Origin: Nanobdellota archaeon
GTDB lineage: Archaea > Nanobdellota > Nanobdellia > Woesearchaeales > DSVV01
Assembly (NCBI GenBank): GCA_051819785.1
Contig: JBNJGV010000001.1
Span: 1-51,953 of the forward strand
Length of the DNA stretch: 51,953 bases
Reading direction: 5' to 3'
Shown here piece after piece: positions 34,118-46,300 of the stretch. Made by a program: the position numbers and the translations under genes. The first letter of the stretch is position 1. Each line of letters begins with the position of its first letter. The notes beneath the pieces were generated by a model. The model worked only from the letters and a program-made list of their open reading frames with translations. It was not told the origin of the DNA and made no database searches.

Positions 34118-37100
34118 ATGGTAAAAGGAAAGTATGTCTTGTTATTTTTAGTATTGGTTTTTTTAGTAGTTTTTGCGACTTCTGTTTTTGCAGGAGGTCT
34201 TGATACTGGATACGCAGATGATGAGACTGTAGCAATTGGTGGCGGTGAAGGTGGTGAAGATGATGAAGAAACAGGCATGAAAGGCAAAACTACAAATCTT
34301 TATATGAAAATTGGTCTGGCTTGTGTTCAAAACGAAAGGGATGCTACAGGCGGAACACCTACTACTGATTCTTCTTCTTTTACTTGGTTTGATGGTTGTG
34401 ATAATGTTGATGATGATAAGCCTGAAGGAAAGATAGGTTATTCTTTTGCCCAAAGATGGGTATATAATTCTGATGGAAGGATGAATTTTAACCCGTATGA
34501 ATGGAGCGAATATAAAAAAGCTGGTTATGAGCCATTTATAGAACTTGATTTGAATTGGAGTGACCCCCGCGAAATTAGATATGAAGGGGATTGTAAGGTG
34601 TATGTTTATTCAGCAAATACCAAGTACCCTGGCCAGTCCGAAGATAGCGATAAAAAATCCAAAGGGGGAAAATTTACCTATTACATTGGGAAAAACCAGG
34701 ATCCTGGGCCCGGGGAAAAGAAAAAGGTTTATGATTTTGATAGAAATATTAATTGGGATGCTAATAAGGCGGATTGTGAGCTTATAGGCGGGGAGTGGCT
34801 TGATGATGAAGTTGACAACCCTGAAACTTATGAGCACGGAACAAGGGGCTCTTATAGGTGCTGTGGAGACGATTGGATTTGGCTTTATAATAGGCCTATA
34901 AATTATGACTCGTCCATTGATAGAACAAACCCAAAAATTATAGAAAAAGTTGACAACCAAGAGCTTTGCCTCTATAATTTGAATAATTATGGAACACCAG
35001 TAGATGTTGAAGGGTTAAGTACAGAAAATCCTAATTATAGATGTCATAAGGCCTATGGCGGAGATGGGAATTCTCATGTTGCTTATGATCCTACTCTTGA
35101 GTTGGATGAGTTAACAAGAGAAGACCCAAATAGGGACGGCGTAATGGCTCGATCAGACGATAATTTTTTCTTTGCAGGTCCTTTAAGCTCGAGCTATGAA
35201 ACAGATATTGGCAAATGGTCTAATAATGACGCAAGCCAAGCAATGTTTTGTTATCATCAATTCAATACTTCTTCAGAAAATGGAGAGGATTTTTCATGGA
35301 TTTCTATTGAAAAAGCAGCCCAAAAAAATCAGCTTATATGTGAGGCATATTTAGGCTATAACTGGACTGGCAGTAATTGTTGTTTTGATGATATGACTTA
35401 TAATGATTCAGAAACCAGTTGTAATTCTAAGGAAATAATTTATGGTCTAAGTCCTGAGTTTTCTAGTCCGGAGTTTGAAGAGGACTTTTTTGAGGAATGC
35501 GATCTTGCAAGCTTCAGGAATCCTGCATGTTTAGAAGGAAGTTCTGTTGAAAACAATACTGCAGTAATCAGTAACGAGAGTAAAAGGGAAGTTTATAATC
35601 TAAATGGTGAATTATTCTTTTGTAACCGCACTCAAGGCAACCAGATTTATGAGGACTTTGAGCATGTCCCAAAATGCGCTCTTAAGGGTCCTGAAGAATA
35701 TCCTTTTATCTGCGCTTATCATAATGATTCTTGGTATGATACTTACAACGCGAATCAGCTTCTAGGGTGGCAGGACAATGGTTCCACGGGAGAACAGATT
35801 GAAAATGGCCTTGGTGTAAGCAGTCTTCCTGAATTTGAAAGTTTTCCTGATAATCTCGATCCTGATGTACAGCAAAAGGAATGTTGTTATTTTGGTTCAT
35901 GTTGGAACGGCACAAAATGCGTTAGCGCTCAAACTAACAATGGCTTTTACCAGGTAGTTGATAACCAGTGGGGCCCTATGATGGGCGGTGTTACTGAGGA
36001 CAAAAAAAACTTTATGTGTTTTAAAGGAGAGTGGCTGGAGCGTTCTCCTGAGTTTAATTGGTATTATGATACAAGCCCCCAAAGGGTTTCTTTATGCCCC
36101 GACACACATTCTTGCGCTTGCAGTGGTGGAGAAACAGCAGGGTATGATTATAGTTGTGGCGAGGAGAATGTAAACGAATTTGGATGCACGATTGAGGAAA
36201 ATTTTTACAAAGAAGACCATTTTTGTGAGGCGACATATGATGATTCAGATGAAGTTAAGGATTCAAGATGGACCTCAAGGACAAAGCTTATTGCCCTGCA
36301 GCTTAAAAGGCTTGCCCAGGGAAGCGACAACTATACTTTGTTTTGTGATGATATTGATTATGCTGTAAATTCACCCGGAAAATTAAAAACAGAGGCAATG
36401 CCTTATGATATTAATAAGGTGTGTGTTATTGAGTTTGATGGTAAAACGGCAATGGGGCTTTCTTTTAATGCAGATAAAGATTCTGAAAATCCTGTTGATA
36501 GTTTCCTTTTTGGTAATGGTGATGTTAATAATGGCTTTGCAAGAGTTGTAGAAAACAATCTCGAAGTGAACGGATGTGATTTTGGTGAGCCAAGCGATTC
36601 ATCAAGTGGAACTTACAAAAAATGTATTGGGGGAAACAACAAAATTTGGGCAAATAGTAAGACAAATTCAATCATATATTCAAAAGAAGGATTAAATATT
36701 GGCGATGGACAATTACCAAAACCTAGCCAAAACGGATTTGATAATTTGGTTCAAGAAATTGTGGATGTTGTTCAAAATAATGATGATTCTGATTTGCCTG
36801 AAGCAGCCTATCTTATCACTACAGCCTCTAATTTTAATAGGCTTTATATGTTAAAAAAAGGAGAAAAGGAGGCATTTGGCTTTATAGAAACGAGAAGGGA
36901 TCCTGCAATAAGTGCAGATGATGACACACCTCTTAGGAATTTTGTTGCAGTTAAATACAGTGGATTTACTAATGTCTGCAATGATATTAGCTTTGTAAGG
37001 GAAAGAGACGATATTCTTCTTTATTGTAATGAACAAGGAGGGGAGAATTTTGTGCTTGGCAGAAGCAGAGATGCTCATCCAGATTATTGGAAAAACCTGG

Positions 37101-37123
37101 CTCCGAAAATAAGGGTTATTTAG
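34118..37123 (+). CDS. Large secreted Cys-rich protein (1001 aa), hypothetical surface/adhesion protein
   Basis: The N-terminal signal is MVKGKYVLLFLVLVFLVVFATSVFA-GG. Many Cys are present, including CC doublets (YRCCGDDW, SNCCFDD, KECCYFGSCWNG). There is no C-terminal anchor. Confidence 0.75.
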   Translation: MVKGKYVLLFLVLVFLVVFATSVFAGGLDTGYADDETVAIGGGEGGEDDEETGMKGKTTNLYMKIGLACVQNERDATGGTPTTDSSSFTWFDGCDNVDDDKPEGKIGYSFAQRWVYNSDGRMNFNPYEWSEYKKAGYEPFIELDLNWSDPREIRYEGDCKVYVYSANTKYPGQSEDSDKKSKGGKFTYYIGKNQDPGPGEKKKVYDFDRNINWDANKADCELIGGEWLDDEVDNPETYEHGTRGSYRCCGDDWIWLYNRPINYDSSIDRTNPKIIEKVDNQELCLYNLNNYGTPVDVEGLSTENPNYRCHKAYGGDGNSHVAYDPTLELDELTREDPNRDGVMARSDDNFFFAGPLSSSYETDIGKWSNNDASQAMFCYHQFNTSSENGEDFSWISIEKAAQKNQLICEAYLGYNWTGSNCCFDDMTYNDSETSCNSKEIIYGLSPEFSSPEFEEDFFEECDLASFRNPACLEGSSVENNTAVISNESKREVYNLNGELFFCNRTQGNQIYEDFEHVPKCALKGPEEYPFICAYHNDSWYDTYNANQLLGWQDNGSTGEQIENGLGVSSLPEFESFPDNLDPDVQQKECCYFGSCWNGTKCVSAQTNNGFYQVVDNQWGPMMGGVTEDKKNFMCFKGEWLERSPEFNWYYDTSPQRVSLCPDTHSCACSGGETAGYDYSCGEENVNEFGCTIEENFYKEDHFCEATYDDSDEVKDSRWTSRTKLIALQLKRLAQGSDNYTLFCDDIDYAVNSPGKLKTEAMPYDINKVCVIEFDGKTAMGLSFNADKDSENPVDSFLFGNGDVNNGFARVVENNLEVNGCDFGEPSDSSSGTYKKCIGGNNKIWANSKTNSIIYSKEGLNIGDGQLPKPSQNGFDNLVQEIVDVVQNNDDSDLPEAAYLITTASNFNRLYMLKKGEKEAFGFIETRRDPAISADDDTPLRNFVAVKYSGFTNVCNDISFVRERDDILLYCNEQGGENFVLGRSRDAHPDYWKNLAPKIRVI

Positions 37124-37146
37124 TCAAGCTCTTTTTACTGATTAAA

Positions 37147-40100
37147 ATGAGATTAAAAAAGGGCCAAGTTATGATTTTTGTAATAATGGGGATGGTGGTT
37201 CTTTTAATTTTTGGTTTTCTTTATTCATTCATAAGTTCACTAAAAAAAGAAGGTCTTGAAAGTCAGCAAGAGGAAAAGGCCCGTGCACTTAAAATAAAAA
37301 ATGAATTTAAAAACTATGTGGGTTCTTGTTTTGATAATGCTGCTAAAGAAGGTTTGCTCTTAGTGGGCAGACAAGGCGGAGTTATATATGATTATCAAGC
37401 CGATAATGCTGCTAGATACAGGGGGCCGCCTAAACGTCCATATGGCGAATATATTCTCCCTTTTCTTGACAAGCAAGAAGATGTTATTTATAACGTTAGT
37501 TATGGAATTACAAAACCCTCCTTTGATGAAACACATCCTTCGCCACCATTATACCCTTACGGGCCCACAAAACTTGTTGAAGACCCAACTAAATATAGCT
37601 CTTCATATGTAAATGTTTTAGGAAACTATCCTCCTCCGGGCCCATTTGTTCCTCTTTGTGATTATAATGGAAGAAATGCTCCTGGCAAGGCTTCAATTGC
37701 GCACTCTTGTGAAACTTATGATAGCAGAAATGCTTTTATACACAACTCTCTTCAGGAATATCTTGAATTTTATGTGGAGAATAAAACTACTGCGTGTGTT
37801 AAACAAAATGCTTTTAGAGCATTAAATTCTACAGTTAATGTTACAAACGTCAACGCTTCTGTGATGTTTTCTAATGAAAAGGTTTATTTTGATTTAGATT
37901 TTCCTGCAAAAATACATACAGAGGGTGAAATAATAAACTCTGATTTTAAAAGGTTCAGCATTGTTGTGGAAAACAGATTGAAGCTTGTACATGAGTTGGC
38001 GTCCCGCTTAATAAAAGAAGATGTAAACAACATTTTTTTTGATATAGTTAAAGACGCTTATACATTAAACAGCTGTAGGGAATGGGGGCGCGATGGTAAG
38101 GTTTGTCTTAAAGAAGGAATGACTATAGAAAAAATCAGGAACCACTGTAAAAAAACAGAGGAGTTAAATTGTCCAAGTGGTGCCGATTATGATGATTTGC
38201 TTGTTATAAGAGATCAAGATTCTTTTTTGTATGGGGAACCCTTTGAGTTCTATTTTGCAATTGAAAACAGGCCGCCGGCTCTTGACTTGATACTTCAACA
38301 GAAAGGTAAAGTGGGCTTTATGTACGACTTTGTCTCCTTTGTTGGCGATGAAATTTTAATAGAACCGAAAGCCTATGACCCTGACGAGAGTTTTCATGGA
38401 AATAACAGGTATATGCAAAAAGGCTATGATTATGGGATGTGGAAGGAAGATTATGATGAAGCATATAATAAGTTTTTTTGCAGTGTGAATCCTGAAGAAT
38501 GTATTAGTGACCCTGGTGGAAAGGCAACGGTGAAACAACCTTCTTACAAACCCAATGCTTGGTCTTCATCCTCAGAATTTGAGAAAACAGAGCGAGCGGC
38601 AAATTATGTAACTCAAAAAAAAGATTGGGGAGCACATGAGGTAAAAGTAAAAGCATGCGATGATGAAGGCCTTTGTGATTATCAGAAGGTTACAATTTTT
38701 GTTGGTAATATATTTGAGAATCAAAGCTTTAATCCTTATTCAGATATTTCAAATAATTTTGCTTCAATTGAAGACCCTTACACAATTGTTTTTCCTAAAG
38801 TTGATTCTGGCTCTGAACCTGCTAAATATGAGATAAAATTAGATTCGCCTTCAGGAGAGAATATTTTGACCCAGAAAGATTCAGAAAGATTCCTTAATAT
38901 ACCATTAGTTGATACAATCGGCGAATTGTCTCCTTCCGAGTTAAGGAACAAGGTTGAAGAAGTTTTTTCTGACAAAGGGGTTTACAATATCGGATTTGAA
39001 TCATTTGATGCTTCCGATAATTTATTGTACTCTTCAGATAACAATGAATTAGAAGTTAAGGAATGCCTGCCGCATGATTCGGAAAATCCTCCGTATCCCT
39101 TTACCAAAGAGAATTACTTACAGGCAGACCATGCTTGTTGCTTGGGGGATGAAAACAATCCTTCAGGAAGCTTTTGGGGAACCTTTGCCGATAGTTCAAC
39201 TGTTTGTTATTCAAAAAAAACAGAGGGGTGTTTTGCTAATTTTTCTGTTCCTGAAGGTGTTGATTATAGTCTTCCTTCCCCTCCGACAGGCATGGATGCG
39301 AAAGATGTTTATGAATTTGACCTTGAAGTAAAATGCTCTGGAAATGAAGGGGTCAGTTGTACGGGTGACACTTCAGGGTCTGTAGAAAAAATACAAGAAT
39401 GCGGCCCTTGTCAGACATGCAAGGCTGGAAGCTCTGAATGCATAAATATGCCTTCGTATGACTTTGTCTGCAATCCTTCTTACGAGTGTTCGCTTGGTGA
39501 ATTTAAGCAATATAATGTAGGTGGGAACTACTCTTGCCAAGCTGCTTGTGATGAGGAAGGGAAATGTAATATTGCAATAAATTGTAGTTGTGATGCGCAG
39601 CATTGTTCTGCGGAATGCGACGATGGCTGGTATCAATGGGTTGGGAATGTTTGTAATTTTAACTGTAGTAACAATTGTGCCTTCCAAGAAAAAGATAGCA
39701 CTATTTGTTCAGCTCCCTCTTCTCCATCTAATTCATATGACTTTGGAAGTGGCTCTATTTTATTGGGTGAAGAAAGTGTGGGTTCCATCTTACAAAACGA
39801 TATAGAATTTGATGATACAAACTATGGATCTGTCTGTGTTCATAACAACAAGTGCCATGTATCCTCGTGTTATGAAGATGGTGTTGGTGAATATGAAGGA
39901 GATGATTGTTATCCTCCTGGTGTTGCCCAAGGCGAGAGGTGTTATACCTCGCCTGGCCCTGAATGCAATCTAGACGCTGAATGTACCAGTTATGATGTTT
40001 TGTCTTTTTATGGAAACAATCCATCAGGGAATACTTGCTATTATAATATTACTTGCCTTGATTCAGGATGGGATTATGAAATAGATACAAGCAAACCTTC

Positions 40101-40329
40101 TGGACACTACAAGGATGGGGGAAAATGCTATTATGGCTCCTTTTGCCATTCCTCTGAGGGTTGGAAAAAGCATTCGGACAGTACTAAACCCTCTCCAAGT
40201 GCAAGTGGAGGTGTGTGCCATTATGGCTCTTCTTGTACGAATTCAGGATGGTCCTATGCTTCTTCAGACAGCACCCAGGTTCCTGACTGCACTAACAAGT
40301 GTACAAATACTGGATGGAAGTGTATATAA
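37147..40329 (+). CDS. Giant pilin-like protein (1060 aa): class III signal peptide fused to a Cys-rich extracellular region; candidate pilus-tip adhesin
   Basis: I prefer the ATG at 37147, which gives MRLKKG-QVMIFVIMGMVVLLIFGFLYSFI (a basic stretch, G, Q at +1, then a roughly 22-aa hydrophobic helix). It has a PKD-like block (HEVKVKACDDEGLCDYQKVTIFV), a CC motif (HACCLGDENN) and C-terminal C-x3-[ST]GW repeats. Confidence 0.7.
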   Translation: MRLKKGQVMIFVIMGMVVLLIFGFLYSFISSLKKEGLESQQEEKARALKIKNEFKNYVGSCFDNAAKEGLLLVGRQGGVIYDYQADNAARYRGPPKRPYGEYILPFLDKQEDVIYNVSYGITKPSFDETHPSPPLYPYGPTKLVEDPTKYSSSYVNVLGNYPPPGPFVPLCDYNGRNAPGKASIAHSCETYDSRNAFIHNSLQEYLEFYVENKTTACVKQNAFRALNSTVNVTNVNASVMFSNEKVYFDLDFPAKIHTEGEIINSDFKRFSIVVENRLKLVHELASRLIKEDVNNIFFDIVKDAYTLNSCREWGRDGKVCLKEGMTIEKIRNHCKKTEELNCPSGADYDDLLVIRDQDSFLYGEPFEFYFAIENRPPALDLILQQKGKVGFMYDFVSFVGDEILIEPKAYDPDESFHGNNRYMQKGYDYGMWKEDYDEAYNKFFCSVNPEECISDPGGKATVKQPSYKPNAWSSSSEFEKTERAANYVTQKKDWGAHEVKVKACDDEGLCDYQKVTIFVGNIFENQSFNPYSDISNNFASIEDPYTIVFPKVDSGSEPAKYEIKLDSPSGENILTQKDSERFLNIPLVDTIGELSPSELRNKVEEVFSDKGVYNIGFESFDASDNLLYSSDNNELEVKECLPHDSENPPYPFTKENYLQADHACCLGDENNPSGSFWGTFADSSTVCYSKKTEGCFANFSVPEGVDYSLPSPPTGMDAKDVYEFDLEVKCSGNEGVSCTGDTSGSVEKIQECGPCQTCKAGSSECINMPSYDFVCNPSYECSLGEFKQYNVGGNYSCQAACDEEGKCNIAINCSCDAQHCSAECDDGWYQWVGNVCNFNCSNNCAFQEKDSTICSAPSSPSNSYDFGSGSILLGEESVGSILQNDIEFDDTNYGSVCVHNNKCHVSSCYEDGVGEYEGDDCYPPGVAQGERCYTSPGPECNLDAECTSYDVLSFYGNNPSGNTCYYNITCLDSGWDYEIDTSKPSGHYKDGGKCYYGSFCHSSEGWKKHSDSTKPSPSASGGVCHYGSSCTNSGWSYASSDSTQVPDCTNKCTNTGWKCI

Positions 40330-40342
40330 CTCTAATTACATT

Positions 40343-40358
40343 AGAAAAATATATAAAT
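40343..40358 (+). promoter_or_regulatory. BRE/TATA-like promoter element upstream of the 2070-aa surface protein gene
   Basis: AGAAAAATATATAAAT lies 34-49 nt upstream of the ATG at 40392 and is identical to 22115-22130. Confidence 0.4.
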
Positions 40359-40391
40359 TAATTATGGTGGTATTATGGTTGTTAGGATAAA

Positions 40392-43300
40392 ATGCTGATT
40401 AAAAAGAGGGTAATATGTAGTTTTTTGTTGTTTTTTGTTGTAGTTTTGTCTATTTCTAGCTATGCTGTAGAAGAAACAGGATATTGCTCAAATCCAATTA
40501 TTCAGTCTGTTTGCTCTGACGATTCTGTTTTAATTACTGAGTGCTGTCCTGAAAATTTTGAAGGATATGGGGGAGCTGGATATCCTAGTGGTGTTGAAGA
40601 TTGCAAAAATAATTATTTTGCTGCAGATTCAATTGATAATATTGAAAACTGTGAAAAGGGCAGTTGCTTTATTGATGGAGAAGCTAATTGTCTTAAGGGC
40701 GCGTATATAGCAACATGTTATTATGAAGGGGGAACGCCTTCAACGACTTCTTGGGATGAAAACCCTCAGTGTATGGAAGGTTGTTGTTGCTATGAGGAAG
40801 ATAGTGTCCAGGAGTCCTTGATAAGTACACAAGGGTATTGTGGTAATAATCCTTCTTCAACATTTTATTCAGAAATTGAAGACTCTGATGCATGTTCTGC
40901 TGAATGCAGTGCTTCTGACCCTGGTGAAGGCGAGCCCGGGGGGGACGATGATGACGACGAAACTCCAAGTGAAACTTCAGAATGCGGTAATATGCCCTAT
41001 TGTGAGATAGAAGGACCACTGGCAGGATCTTGCTGCTGTGATGGAGAGGTTTGCGAAAATGGAGAGTTCTGTTGTGAAGGATCTTGTTTTTCTGTTCCAT
41101 GTGATGAGGTATGTGAAAGATCTGAGCCGTGTGGAACTACAGATGAAAACGGCTGCCCTCTCTTTAAAAAATGCTTTCCTAATGGCTCACTTGCTAAAGA
41201 GTGTACTCCAAGGCCTTCTTGTACAAGTGGTTTTGAAGTCTGTGACACCCCTGAAGATGATGATGGGGATGGCAAAATAAATTGCCAAGAAGCTTTTTGT
41301 GATGGAATGGTTTGCGCTGAAACAGAAGCTGAAAAATCAGAAAATTGTCCGGATAATTCTTATTATGATGCATCAGAAGGTGTTTATAGGTGTTGCTTTG
41401 GTCTTGACCTTAATGATTGTGATGGGGAAGATGGCCCGGACACCTGTGGTGAGTGTAATTGTCTGGAGAACCCACGTTCACCTGTTCTTGACCCAATAGA
41501 GGTGGTTAGAGGGCAGAGAGGAGTGGACATAAGGTGGCACCTTAATTGTGAAGGCGTAAATTATAGGTTAATGAGATGCGAGGGAGAAGAAAATTGTGAT
41601 AATAATGTTTTTAACTTAAGGACGCAAACTTCTAAGTCTACTTTCTATGATGAGGGAATTAAAGAAAATACAAAATATTGTTATTATGTAAAAGCAATTT
41701 ACCCTAATGCAGGGGCAGAAGGCATGGTCATTAAAAAATCAGATGAGAAATGTTTTACTTCTGGAGATAGTGTTTGCATGGAAGTTTCAGGAAGTAGTTT
41801 TTGTCTGGATGAAACAGAGGGCTTTGCAGATAAGCTGGTTTTGAGAGCAACTTGTACACAGGAGAATGTTCTTTCCGTCCAAGAGAATTGTATTCAAAGC
41901 CATGACGAAAATTATGTATGTAGGGGGCCTTTCCCGCCATATGGACAAACGGATTGTGTTTACCAGTCCCCTTGCGAAGAATGCGGGAATCCTTTTGGTG
42001 TTTTTGCTGATTATGATGAGAGTTCTACTTCATTAGGGGAAGGAGGAGAGGGTTTTTGTAAAAATGCACAAACTTGTTATTTTGATTATACTCCTACTTC
42101 TATAGATAATTTTCAAAAGTGCAGCCAAGTTCAGACATGCTATGATTACAAAAGTAAGTCTGCTTGTGAAGGCCAGGCAAGTAAAGCCGAGGAGCAGGGT
42201 GGCCTTGGTTCAAATAATAAATGCCTGCCAAGAGATTGTAAATGGAAAGATTTTGAGGACCTTTCGACAGGAGGTATTTGTGTAGAAAAATCTGACGAAT
42301 TCAGAGATTGTCAAAGCTGCAATGAGGCCGAGTACAACGATATTTTTGGTGCTTGCAATGTTGATATGTGCTCTCTTTTTGGGGATTGTTATTTGAGGAA
42401 CGCCGATTATAAATGTGTTTCTAAAGATAAAATAAGCTGTAAGGATTACCAAACACCTGAGGAGTGCATGGGCGGCTCAGAGCTTCAAGTTGATGTAGAA
42501 TATGAAGAAGGTAGCCGGGTTTCCGGCACAAATAATATTGAGCAACAAAGCGGCGATACTCTGGGTTTTGGTGTGTGTAGATGGGACGATAGCAAAAATC
42601 CCTCATGCTTTAAAGATGCAGATTTTAATTCATTTAAGGATCCTTCTCCTGGCGGCTCGTCTTTTGATATGACTCCTCCTAATACAACAATTCTTTCAGG
42701 AAGATACACTAAGGATCTCAACTTGAGCTTTGAAGTGACAGATTTTAATCCAGATGGTTCAAAAGGCTCTGGTGTTGAGCATTGGGATGTTTTCTTTTGC
42801 AAAACCAAAAAAGGAGAAGCCCCTTGTTATCCAAATAGCTATCCTGAAAAATTAGATAACGGTAAAGGATGGGTTTATCTGGGGGGCGGCACAGGCGTCT
42901 ATGAGGTCTATTATTATTCCATGGATAAAGCGCACAACCTTGAAAAAGTTAAGAAAAAGGAGTTTGAAATTGATATGTCTGCTCCAGAGATTGAAATCTC
43001 TTCTTTTGTTAATGAAGATTTGTCTGAGTTTATAAATAGTGAGATAATGTTTTTTGTTAATACAAGCGAAAGCACCCATTGTTGGGATTATTTTGAACAG
43101 ACAACCGACTCGCAAATAACTGGTGATACTTGGGGGGATAAATGGACCACTAAATATTCTGGCCTTACCGATGGAACTTATGAGTATAAGGTTGTTTGCG
43201 AAGACAGAGCAGGTAACAGAAACCAGGAAGTTGTTTCAGTAAGAGTTAATGCTGATTCATTTATAGATAACACTTTACCTGAAGGAAAAATAGATTATTC

Positions 43301-46300
43301 AGATATTACTCTGATGGCTGAAACATTAAAGGATACCAATTGTAAATGGGGCCCTACTCCTAAGGATTATAATAAATTGCCATATACTTTTTCTAAAATG
43401 AAGGAAGTTGATGGGTATTTTCAACATACTTCTTCTCCTGATGTAGTTAGTGAAAGCAAAACATATTCATTTGATGTTAAATGCATGGATGGGGACAGGG
43501 TTTCTGATGACGAGATACAATTTGTCTATGATAATAAATCACCTGTCACAACGGTTGTTGATTCAAACAATAAACCAATTGATTTTTCTTCTTGGTATTC
43601 TGGCGCAGCAGCAAAAAATAAGTTTTTCCTCGCATGCAATGATTCACCTGAAAACGGGTTTGGCTGCGATGAAACATTTTATTGTATAGATTATAACAAT
43701 GATGTGTGTGTTCCTAATAAAAAAATCTCTCCTGATCAACCCCTTCCTCTTGATTTTTCTAATTCTGATTCTTTCAGGCTTTGCTATAAATCAACAGAAA
43801 ATGTTTTAAATGAAATGGGCGGAAAATCCGAGACCGCAGTTTGTAAAGAAATACAAATAGATACTAATCCTCCTGTTGTAGTGGTTGATTCTCTAAATGC
43901 ATATAAAGATCCTTCGAAACCAAAACAAATTAACACTCCTTCTTATACTTTAGAGGGTGAGGTTATTGACCCGGATGTTGTTAATGATGTTTCAGAAAAT
44001 TTTGTTGATATTGTTGTGGAACATAAAAAATCAGGTAATACTAGTGTGTATGATGATATTCCTGCCAATCCTGATTTTTTAAAAGATATAAGGATAGAAG
44101 AAGAGCTAAATGTTATTACTCTTTTTGCGACAGACAGGTCTGGAGCTAAATCTGGTTCGGTGAAGTATTATTTGTATTATACACCTTACGAAGGTGAGAT
44201 GATCTCTTTGAGCAGGCCTGCTTTTGGTGTTTCTGCTTCGAAAGAATTTGTTTTTGAAGTTGAAACCTATAGTAGCGCAGATTGCAGATATTCTTTGACA
44301 GGGCAAAAAAACGAAGCAATTGATATGGTTTCTTATACAGATAGTGGTAAGTTTTTACATAAAACTAAAAAGGATCTTGATTTGAGCTGGCTGAGTGAGA
44401 ATGTAAAGCATCCAGTGACGGTTTTTTGCAGTTTTGGGGGCAGAGAATTTGAAAAGGAATTTCAGATTTCATGGGACACAACACGTCCAGATATTACAGA
44501 TGTTTATCTTGAGAGAGTAAGAGAAGGAAATCCTCCTGCTTTGATAGAATTCCCTCTTGAATCAAATTTAGTTGTTAAAACAGATGATAAAGCAATATGT
44601 AAATATACAGAAGACCCTTCTTTAGAATACTACAACACTGGACAAAACACCTTTCCTGGTTATTATGATTCAAACTTTTCTAAAGTCAATAAGATTCTAT
44701 TAGATGATTTAGTTGATGGTAATTCTTATACGTTTTATGTACAATGTGAAAACGCAGTAACTGATGAATCAATTACTTTAAGTCCCAGAAAGACTTATAG
44801 GTTCAAAGTTGATACTTCTTTAAGTACTGGGATTGTTTTGGTTTCCCCGAAAGATCCTGTTTCAACTACTTCAATAGAGTTAAAAATAAGAACTACCAAA
44901 TCTGCCTCCTGGTGTGAAGCAGAGTATAATGGTGAAACAAAAAATATGTCTTCCTCAGGCGAGGAAGAGTTCTCTGCAACCTTTGAGAATGTTGCATTGG
45001 GTGAAAATGATTTCGATGTTTCTTGCCTTACTGCTGGCGAAATGGCCGAAGACCACTATAATATTCTTGTTGATACAACACCTCCTTCATCGCCTTCAAT
45101 TAATGATGGAAATGTATCTTCAAATTTGGAATCCCTGAGCGCCAGCTGGCATGCGAGCGACAACGAAACTGACGTGGTGCAATATAAATATGCAATAGGC
45201 AGTATGCCCGGCAGCGCTGATGTTTTAGGTTGGAAAAATACTTCTGATGATAATGCTGTAGCCGGAGGCTTGAATCTTACTAAAATGGAAACTTATTATT
45301 GGATGGTTAAGGCTAAAAATGAAGTAGGCTTGTGGGGTGATTCAAGTGTAAGTGATGGTGTGCTTTTGAATCCTGATTCAGACGATATCTCAAATAAGGG
45401 CTCTTCTGGAGATACAGGGCATTGTTCAAATGGAATACTTGATGAAGACGAAAGTGATGTAGATTGTGGTGGCAAAGATTGTCCGTCTTGCTCTTTTAAT
45501 TCAACTTGTGTATTAGACTCAGATTGTGCAAGCACCAATTGCGTTTCCGGCAAATGCGCAAAGCCAACCTGTGATGATAATATAACTAACCAGGACGAAA
45601 GTGATGTGGACTGTGGCGGGAATTGCAGTCCTTGTTCAAATGGAAAAGGCTGTAGTGTTGATAAAGATTGTGTCTCTGGTTTTTGTGATTATGGGACATG
45701 TTTCGAGCCAAATTGTAATGATGGTGTCAAAAACGGTGGCGAAGAAGGGGTAGATTGTGGTGGCCCCTGTAACAATTCATGTGAATCCATGCAACCTTCT
45801 ACTTGTGAAATAGATGGCAAAAAGGATACTGATTGTGATGGCATTCCTGATGAATGGGAGCTTAAGTATAGCGAGCACCTTGATATGCATAACGCTCAAG
45901 ACGCGAATTTGGATCCAGATGGGGACGGAAGAACCAATTTGGAAGAGTATATGGACGGCACAAACCCAACAAAAGCTGAAAAAAGCCAAGAAAAATCAAG
46001 TTATTGGCTTTTGATTTTGCTGATAATCCTTATTTTGCTTGGCTTTATTGTGGTTTGTGTTTTATCATACAAATATTTTTATTATAAAATTCCGCCTAAA
46101 TACAGGAAATATCTTGATGTGGTTGTGCAGCCAATTGCTAGTAGTATTAACAGAGCATTTGAGAAAATAAAGCCATTTTTGAATCGTGCTAAAACATTTT
46201 GTTCAAATATGCTTGAAAAATCTGGCCTTGCTCCATTTTTAAGAAAATATGGTATTTATTCTGATGCAAAAGGCAAGGCGCCTTATTCTTCTCCTGCTCC

